In this document: positions 55,004 through 64,000 of the stretch, piece after piece
How positions within the stretch are numbered: the stretch's first letter is position 1
Layout: the number at the start of each line of letters is the position of its first letter
Made by a program: the position numbers and the translations under genes
Notes under the pieces: generated by a model
What the model was told of the DNA's origin: nothing
The model's database searches: none
Seen by the model: the letters and a program-made list of their open reading frames with translations, nothing else
Assembly (NCBI GenBank): GCA_951406725.2
Contig: OX597825.1
Coordinates: forward strand, 35,836,001 to 35,900,000
Origin: Octopus vulgaris
Taxonomy: Eukaryota
Direction: 5' to 3'
DNA: 64,000 bases

Positions 55004-55644
55004 CTGAAAAAAAAAACATTCAACACTGAAGTCATTAGCATCAATATTAGAAAACATCTACTGCATTTATACTGTTCTACAACTATTACTACTAACATTA
55101 CGCACATCTGCTCAAATTAGGGTATATACTGCATACAATTACTATTAAGAAAGAAATGAAAACAACGTTAGTGAGAAACTTTAGGGAGAGCTGAACAGCA
55201 GATCTTCAGAGAAAAAGGACCCCCTTCAGGCAAGTGTTTTGGCCCTTAACTCTTTACACTCTAAAGGGGCCAGGTCATGTCCAGGTGATGACTCCTAGAT
55301 ATCCCTCTGCTACCAAATACTGTGTAACTGTATGCTTTGTAACTTGGCCAGATCCAATTGGAACTCTTCTCAGCTGTTTCTGAAATACCTTAAGAGTTCT
55401 GAGAAACAATTCATGAGATTGTCAGCAGATTTCCTCACAAACCTTTCTGCAGTCACCTCTATGGCAACAAAAGAGAAAATACAATCCACAACCCAAACAA
55501 ATTCAAGCCCTACAACATTCCTCAATCCTTACTGGCCTGAAAATATCTGAACCCATGACGAAACTATAGGCCACTGCAGGTAATGAACTTGTTAATTCTC
55601 AAGTCATACATACACGAGCTAACAAACGCACTCACATATAAAAA

Positions 55645-57355
55645 GATCATCATTATCGTTTAACATCTGCTTTCTGTGCTGGCATGGGTTGGACAGTTTG
55701 ACTGAGGACTGGCAAGTCAGGAGGCTGACCCAAGTTCCAATCTGATCTGCCAAGGTTTCTACAGCTGGATGCCCTTCCTAACACCAACCACCCAAGAGTG
55801 TAGCTGGTGCTTTTTACATTCTACCAGCATGGGAGCCAGTCAGCTGGCACTGGCATCAACCACGCTTGAATGGTGCTTTTTACATGCCACCGGCATGGGT
55901 GCCAGTCAAGTGACACTGGTATCAGCCATGACTACAATTTCACTTGACTCAACAGGTCTTCTCAAGCACTGCATATTGCCTGATGCCTGAAAGATGCTTT
56001 TAACTGGGCCGGTTATGCGACACTGGCACTGGCCATGGCTATAATCTCACTTGGCTTGCAGGATCTTCTCAAGCACAACATATCTCCAAAGATCTCGGTC
56101 ACTTGTCATTGCCTCGGTGAGGCCCAATGTTCGATGGTCGTGCTTCACCACCTCATCCCAGGTCTTCCTGGGTCTACCTCCTCTACACGTTCCTTCCACT
56201 GTTCGGGTGTGACACTTCATGCAGCTGTCCTCATCCATACGCAACACATGACAAGACCAGAGCAGTTGTCTCTCTTGCACACCACATCTGAGACTTCTTA
56301 TGTCCAACTTTTCTCTCAGGGTGCTTACACTGTTGTGTATGCACACTGACATTACACATCCAGCAGAGCATACTGGCTTCATTTCTTTCAAGCCTACGCA
56401 TGTTATCAGCAGTCACAGCCCATGTTTCACTGCCGTGTAGCATGGCTGTTCACACACATGCATCATACAGTCTACTTTTCACTCTGAGCAAGAGGCACTT
56501 TGTTACCAGCAATGGTAGGAGCTCTCTGAACTTTGCTCAGGCTATTCTTATTCTAGCAGCAACACTCTCAGAGCATCCACCCCTGCAACTGACTTAGTCA
56601 CCTGGGTAATGGAAGCTATCATCTACTTCTAGTTTTTACCCCTGGCATGTGATGGAATCTGTTTTCTGTACATCTTCAGTGTTTATTGCCTTTGTGCATC
56701 TGCTACATGCAAAAACTATCTTCCCAGTTAACCTTCATTTGATATTGTTGCACCTCTTAAGTGTCTATAACTAACACTGGGTACATCTTATGGAGTTTCT
56801 ACTTAAGCCTTTTCTACAGATCGAGCAGGGCTGTTTACCTGAAGAGATCTGTGATTTGTCTGCCTTCCAACTTAGACCTTGCTCCTACACCTGAAACTTC
56901 TTCTCTAGTTCTGGTAGTGACTCAGCTATTAGAGCAAGGTCATTAGCATAGAGGAGCATGCAAGAACAACCTGTCTTGAATTCCTCTGTTATTGCTTGGA
57001 GGACCTATGATGAATATGAGGGGGCTGAGGACTGATCCTTGGTGAACTCTTACTTTTACCTGGAATTCTTCACTATACTTGTTGCCAACCCTCACCTTAC
57101 TGACAGTATCCTTGTACATCACTGGTATAACTCTCACCAACCACTCATCTATCCTTAGTTTCCACATTGACCACCAGATAAGGGATTGGTGCGGTCCCTG
57201 TCAAAGGTTTTCCCCATGTCAATGAAAGCCAAGTACAGAGGGTTATCTTTGGCTAGGAAATTCTCCTGCGACTGTCTTACCAGAAATATAGCATCAATGG
57301 TGCTTCTCTCTGGCACAAACCCAAACTGCAACTCATCTAAATTAATTCTCTCTTT
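55645..57355 (-). mobile_element. Decayed RTE LINE (RT to 3' end)
   Basis: QFGFVPERSTIDAIFLVRQ, VHQGSVLSPL, MLHGSETW, GRPRKTW, and the RTE 3' motif. Confidence 0.9.
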
Positions 57356-57452
57356 ATAAATCCAAAACACAAAATACATGAAAATGTTGGTATGGAGCTC
57401 CTGTTCTTTCTTACATTCACATTATTTCAATTTGTGTACAGACTTTACTTAC

Positions 57453-57692
57453 ATCTTTTTCTTGTAATCCTAATTTTTGGACAGCCCTCGCAACTCTGGC
57501 CCGAGGGAACCCCATGGAAAGATATTGCTGGGCAAACGTCTGAGCTTCTTGTGACAATGCAGAGAATGGGTCAGTAGCCTGAGTGTAATCTGTGGGACTG
57601 TCATCACTACAGCTTGTGTCTACCGAGCCCTGTGACACCTGGCCATTGGACCGTGCTCGGATTGGTGGTAGTGGAGAGTGCCGACTCCAAGA
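57453..57692 (-). CDS. UBAP1: UBAP1-like gene, internal exon (Ser/Pro-rich linker and first UBA-like repeat)
   Basis: ctttcag / SWSRHSPLPP...DPFSALSQEAQTFAQQYLSMGFPRARVARAVQKLGLQEKD / gtaagt; 240 nt, phase 0-0. With the next two exons it gives three consecutive C-terminal UBA-like repeats, as in the SOUBA domain of UBAP1. Upstream exons were not found. Confidence 0.82.
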
Positions 57693-57834
57693 CTGAAAGA
57701 TAACAAACATGGTGTAATTTAATTTGAAAGAAATCCCTACAAAAAAAAATGCATACATAATGACTGAAACTTAAACCAGACAGTTAATAATTTTCATAAA
57801 CAATACAATTTCAAGAATATAATTTTTCAGACTG

Positions 57835-60690
57835 TTGTTCAAAGGTTGTGCTTCACCACCTCATCCCATGTCTTCCTGAGTCTAGCTTTTCCACAGGTGC
57901 TAGGGTGTGACACTTTTTCACACAGTTGTCCTCGTCCATTCACAACACATGACTATACCAACGTAGTCGTCTCTTTTGCATACCACATCTGAGGCTTCTT
58001 AAGTCCAACTTTTCTCTCAGGGTGCTTACACTCCATCGTGTATGCACACTGATATTACACATCCAGCGGAGCATACTGGCTTCATTCCTTGCAAGCTTAC
58101 GCATGTTCTCAGCAGTCACGGCACATGTTTCACTGCCATGTAGCATGGCTGTTCGCACATGTGCATCATACAGTCTACCTTTCACTCTGAGCGAGAGGCC
58201 TTTTGTCACCAGCAGAGGTAAGAGCTCTCTGAACTTTGCCCAGGCTATTCTTATTCTAGCAGCTACACTCTCAGAGCATCCACCCCTGCTACTGACTTGG
58301 TCACCTAGGTAATAGGAGCTATCAACTACTTGTAGTTTTGCCCCCTGGAATGTGATGGAAGCTGTTTTCTGCACATTTTCAGTGTTTATTGCTCCTGAGC
58401 ATCTGGCACACACAAAAACTATCTTCCAAGTTAGCCTTCCTTTGATATTGCTGCAACTCTTATGTGTACATAGCTTACACTGGGTACATCTTATGGAGTT
58501 TCTACCTACTTCGTTTCTACAGATCAAGCAGGGTCATCTACCTGAAGGGATTTGTGGTTTGTCTGCCTTCCTACATATTAAGACTTTGGTTTTTGCTAGG
58601 TTGACTCTAAGGCCTTTCGATTCTAGACCTTGCTTCCACACCTGAAACTTCTCTTCTAGTTCTGATAGTGACTCAGCTATTAGAGTATGGTCATCAGCAT
58701 AGAGAAGCTCCCAAGGGCATCCTGTCTTGAATACCTCTGTTATTGCCTGGAGGACTATGATGAATAAGAGTGGGCTGAGGATTGATCCTTGGTGGACCCC
58801 TATCCAAAATTCTTCATTGTACTCATTGCCAACCCTTACATTACAGACAGCATCCCTGTACATAGCTTTTACAGCTCTCACTAACCATTCATCTATCCCT
58901 AGTTCCCTCATTAACCATCAGTTAATGGATCAGGGGACCCTGTCAAAGGTTTTCTTCATGTCAACAAAAGCTAGGTACAGCGGTTTATCTTTGGCTAGAT
59001 ATTTCTCCTGCAGCTATCTTACCAGAAATAAAGCAACAGTAGTGCTTTTCCAGGGCACAAAACCAAACTGCATCCCATCTAGACTGACTTTTTCTCTAAT
59101 TAGTTGGGCCATGACCATCTCTGTGACTTTCATTACCAGATCCAATAGCTTGATACTGCTGTAATTATTTGTATCTAATGCATCACCTCTACCTTTGTAG
59201 CAGTCGACTATGGTGCTGCTACACCCTTCATTGGCATGACTCCATGTATCACCTGATTGACTATATGAGTGACTAGACTGTAGCTGACACTGCCAGATAT
59301 TTTAAGCATCTCTATGGTGATTCCTGATGGGTTGGGGGCTTTCCCTGTCTTCATATCCTTAATTGCTTTATCTACCAAGGAACTGTCAATTTGGATAGCT
59401 GGTCCTTCTGTTGGATTGACATTCAGCAGACTCTCTTTCTCCCATTCATTCTCTTCATTTAGCAACCTTTCATAGTGACATCACCAAGTCTCTCTCTTTG
59501 CAGTCTCATTAAATGCAAATGAGCCATCATCCATGCAGACACATTTCTCTCTCCTATGACATCATGATTCTCTGTCACACACTGTCTTGCAACACGAAAC
59601 ACCTCAAGTCTTTGATCCTCACAACACAGAACATTGGCAAATTCTTTCTTATCTGCTTCCCCTCTGGCTAAGTAAACCTGTCTCCTAGCTTCCCTTCTGG
59701 CAATCTGATATAATTCCCTGCTACCACCGTTCTTCCAGTCTTTCCATGCCTGTTTCTTTTCCCTAATGGCCCTGTCAACTACATTGTTCCACCATGATGT
59801 TACCTTGGGTCAAGAGGGGACTCTGCACCACCCACAGATCTGGTCAGTAGCCCTCAACAAGTTGTCCCATAGAAACCTCCAGTTGTCTTCCACATCATGT
59901 GATGCTATAAACCCTATTTCCTCAAAAGCTTTGAGTAATACACCTCTAAATTTCTGTCCATTCGCAGGATCCTTAAGCTTCCAAATCCTTCTTCTCTATG
60001 CTGGTCGTCTTCTGGGCATCCATTTATCCCTGATCCTGAAGTTGCTAACAACTAATCTATGTTGTGGGGTGCATTCTTCACCTGGGAAGGTTTGGCATTT
60101 ATAAGTAGCCATCTTTCCTGCTTCCTGGTGAGGATGTAGTCAATTTGACTAGTGTGTCTACCAGATCGGTAAGTAAATGAGTGACTGGCAGGTTTCCTGA
60201 AGTTAGTATTGCAAACCATAAGATCATTTGCATCACAGAACGCCAGCAGCCTGATTCCCTCCTCTTTGCGAAAGCCAAAACCGTAGCCTCCATGTATGCC
60301 ATGGAAGCCCCCGACATATTGTCCAACATGTCCATTGAAGTCACCAGCCACAAAGAGAAGGTCCCTGTCATTCATCAACAAAGTAGTCTGCAAGAGGGTG
60401 TCATAAAATTGATCTTTCTGTTCATCAGGTAGCCATGGCTGAGGGGCATAGGCCAAGATAATGGTTGCTAACCCCTCTTGCAGCACTAATCTAATCTTAG
60501 GTATTCTATCACAGACTCTGACTACCTTGATTATCTTATCAACCCATTTCTCTGCAAGAAGTATACCCATGCCCCCAACGCCGTCAGACCTACCTTTCAG
60601 TGTGCCAACATTAAGTGTCCCGACCCTGAGGGTGTGGGAGGTGTAGGCCCATGAGACCCTGGGATGGGGGACAGCAGTGTCATGTACCTG
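57835..60690 (-). mobile_element. Near-full-length decayed RTE LINE ORF2 (endonuclease, RT, Cys-rich insert)
   Basis: RVGTLNVGTL, AYAPQ, AGDFNGHVG, SQIDYIL, VHQGSILSPLLF, LLYADD, MLHGSET; several frameshifts. Confidence 0.92.
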
Positions 60691-60849
60691 AAAATGTGTA
60701 TATATATGTGTGTGTATATACATAAATACATATACCTGTATAAATACATACATAAATACATATATATACTTATACATATATATATATACACATAAATACA
60801 TACACACATATATATATATATACATAAATACATACACACACACACACTT

Positions 60850-60892
<43 letters not shown>

Positions 60893-60894
60893 AG

Positions 60895-61190
60895 CGTTGG
60901 GCCTCAAGGTGGCAATGACCAAGACCTTTGGCATTATGTCATGCTTGAGAAGAAGACTCATCAAGCCGAGTAAAACCGCAGTCGTAGCTGATACTGGTGT
61001 CATGCAAATGGCACCCATGCCGGTGGCATGTAAAAGCATCCATTACACTCTCAGAGTGGTTGGCATTAGGAAGGGCATCCAGTTGTAGAAAACCATGCCA
61101 AATCAGACTGGAGTCTGGTGCAGCCAAGTCCAGTCAAACCGTCCAACCCTTGCCAGTATAAACAATGAACATTAACTGACTGATGATGAT
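60895..61190 (+). mobile_element. RTE 3' end fragment
   Basis: tggttggcattaggaagggcatccagttgtagaaa...tgatgatgat. Confidence 0.8.
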
Positions 61191-61384
61191 ACATATACAT
61201 ACATGTATATATATCATCATCATATATATATTACTTAAAAATGGAAAAGTCTTTTACATTTCGAGCCTACGCTCTTTGACAGAAAGGATTAAGAGGAAAA
61301 AATGTGCAAAGTTCAATGGTCCAACATGGTGCGATGACTGGAAAGAAGAAGAGGCTGAATGAAAGGGAGATAATAATAATAATA

Positions 61385-61805
61385 ACCTTTTCTACTCTAG
61401 GCACAAGGCCCAAAATTTTTGGGGAGAGAGCCAGTCAATTAGATCGACTCCAGTATGCAACTGGTACTTAATTTATCAAACCTGAAAGGATGAAAGGCAA
61501 AGTCAACCCAGTGGAATTTGTACTCAGAACATAGCAGCAGACGAAATACCGCTAAGCATTTCGCCCATTGTGTTAACGATTCTGCCAGATCGCCACTTCA
61601 ATAATATTAATAATAATAATTTATCTCTTTATTGCCCACAAGGAGCTAAACATAGAGGTGATAAACAAGGACAGGCAAAGAAATTAAGTCAATCACATCA
61701 ACCCCAGTGTGTAACTGGTACTTATTTAATCAACCCCAAAAAGATGAAAGGCAAAGTCGACATTGGCGGAATTTGAACTCAGAACGTAATGGCAGACGAA
61801 ATACC
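61385..61805 (-). mobile_element. Two SINE family B copies
   Basis: ctggtactta...aaaggatgaaaggcaaagtc-like central domain occurs twice; (AAT)n tails. Confidence 0.82.
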
Positions 61806-62578
61806 CTGATAATGATGACCCCAACGAACTAAGGTGTGCAAGCGTGTGTGTGTGTGTGTATGTAAGAATGATGTGTGTGAATGGGGGCGAGTGAGTTTAA
61901 CGTTTGTGTGTGTGTGTAGCTATTGATGTGTGCTTGTGTAGGTGGTGTTTGCACGTGTGTGTGACCAAATAGTGTGCATGTGTATAGTGTGTGTTTGTGG
62001 GCAAAAGTTATCTTTGTCTCTGCATGTTACGTGTGTATGTGATGTGAGTATATATATTGTGGGAGTGTGTATGATGGTGTGTATACTGAATTAAACAGTG
62101 TGTGTGGCTGCTAGTATAGTGGTATGTGTGGTGACCCTATTGAAGATTGTGTGTGGTGTGGGTGTTGAGAAGTGTTCGGTGTTAGTGTGTGTGGAGTGGA
62201 AAGGTGTTTGTGGGTATATGTGTATGTGTATGTAGTGGTGTGTGAAGCAAGTATTGAGTTGAACATTGTACATGGGTATTTGCATAATGGTGTGTGTGTA
62301 GTGAGGGTACCGAGGTAGGCAGTATGCAGGTGTGTAGGTAGAGGGTGGGGAGCAGTTGGATGTGAGATGTGTGTGGGGATGATGTCAAATGAAGAGAGGT
62401 AGTGAGTTGAGCCTCATATGGCACGCAAAGGAATGAAGAGAGATTAATTGCTGTTCACAGCAAAGGTGTGCAGAGACAGTACAAACACAGACAGATGTTG
62501 CAATGAATGACCAGTAGAGCTGAAGCGGTGCAAGACCAAGGTGTCATTGCTGAGTCTGTGAACCAGTCAGCCAATATA

Positions 62579-63816
62579 TTGGGTCATCCTATAAATAATG
62601 CAGTTTTTTTTATACTTCTTTTATTTTTCAAAATTAAGATAAACAAAGTTCATTTTTAATCTAAAATATACACTCCTTCATTTTCTACAATGCTCTTCCA
62701 TTTATCTGGTAGACTTGCAAGGCCCCACTTCCAAAATTCACTTGTCTGTGACAAAAAATACTCTTCCAGTACTGTTCTCACCTCATCTACAGAATTCATA
62801 TTTTTTCCTTCCAAATGATTTTGAAGACTGTAGAATGATAATCTGATAGGGCAATGTCCAGTCAATATAGTGGGTGGGGCATCGTTTCCCATTCAAAGTG
62901 GTCCAGCCTTTGGAACGTCATCCTCACTGTATGTGGATGAGCATTATCCCGATGGAAGAACACCTTTCGTCTTGAAACCAAAGATGGTTGTTTTTCTTCT
63001 AGCGTTGACTTAAGCTGCTCACAGTAGATCTCCTTTGTTATCACTTGGTTTAAGTTTAAATGTTCCAAGTGTATTAAACCTTTCATATCCCACCAAACAG
63101 ATAACAACACCTTACATGAGTAAAGGCCTTCTTTAATCTGGGGTGCCAGTGTTTCTCCTTTCCCTACCCACTGTCTTCAGCGCTTGACATTTTTATAGAG
63201 AACCCATTTCTCATCACCAGTCATTATTTGGTCCAAAGAAGGTTCATTTGTAAGACATGACAGCAATGAAGAGCACGCATTAACTCTCTGCACGTAATTA
63301 GACTTGGAAAGTTTGTGAGGAACTCATTGACCCAAATTGCTGACTTTTCCGATGACACGCAGGTGTCGATGACCAAATCCAAACAGTTACAATGGGATTT
63401 TGTTCCACCAGGGTTTGCAGGATGTTCTCATAAAGCTCTACAGATCTTCCAGAATGAGGCTCAACTTCTAGGCTGTAGTTTCCGGCTCAGAATTTCTGGA
63501 ACCACCATTGACACTGGCTTATTGTCCGATCCCCATATGCTGCATTAATATTCTTTGCAATTTCCACTATGTTGTTGCCTTTATTGAACTCGTAAGGCAA
63601 AATAGACTGAATATGCTCCTTTGTCACTTCCATTATAGCTTTGAAAAAATAACTGTTAAAATTGAACTGCACTCTTCAAAACTTGCACTAAGAATAAGTA
63701 CAAGGTAAAATTACTACCTGCTTTTATAGCAAGTTGATGCAGGTAGTTTATTCCGTCCCCCTCCAACTTTTAGTTCATGGAACTAAAAAAATCACATTAT
63801 TTTAGGGATGATCCAA
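62579..63816 (-). mobile_element. Full-length decayed mariner transposon
   Basis: TIRs ttgggtcatcctataaataatg and cattattttagggatgatccaa with TA flanks. Remnants MTGDEKWVLY, LLSVWWD, FHRDNAHPH, HPLY. Confidence 0.92.
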
Positions 63817-64000
63817 TATATATATATATATATATAATAAACACACACACATAGTAGGCTTAATATAGTTTCTGTCAACTGAATTCTCTTACAAGGCATC
63901 GGTAAACCTGGAAAACCGATAGAAGACAGTTATCCAAGGTACAGTACAGTGGAGTTGAACCCAAAATGACATGGTTGCAAAGCAAACTTCTTAATCACAG

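Noticed and set aside
61245-61295. gagc-gtag-gctc-GAAA hairpin on the minus strand
   Set aside because: No CUGANGA box is present.

Overview
AT-rich, repeat-dense animal genomic DNA. The SINE and LINE families and the (TA)n/(CAT)n microsatellites point to an octopus (coleoid cephalopod); this is inferred from family recognition, not a database search. Two host genes are visible, both on the minus strand: (1) a secreted chitin-binding (peritrophin-A/CBM14) protein, with exons at 26037-26328 and 9399-9590, continuing off the left end; (2) the last three coding exons of a UBAP1-like gene (three UBA-like repeats, 51386-57692). Most other recognisable sequence is transposable elements: RTE and CR1/L2-group LINEs (one with an uninterrupted 883-aa ORF), two tRNA-derived SINE families, three decayed mariners, a maT-like remnant, Helitrons, Gypsy remnants and several MITE families. 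The most interesting feature is a non-coding 1.6-kb island inside a (TA)n array (6683-8284). It is built from a 594-bp monomer in tandem and inverted copies, and carries three type I hammerhead ribozyme motifs with a long stem II and a palindromic stem III, consistent with a young Penelope-type retrozyme. Diverged hammerhead-bearing fold-back relatives occur elsewhere in the window. The intact LINE also shares its 3' end with the dominant SINE family. All calls were made by eye and most element boundaries are approximate.
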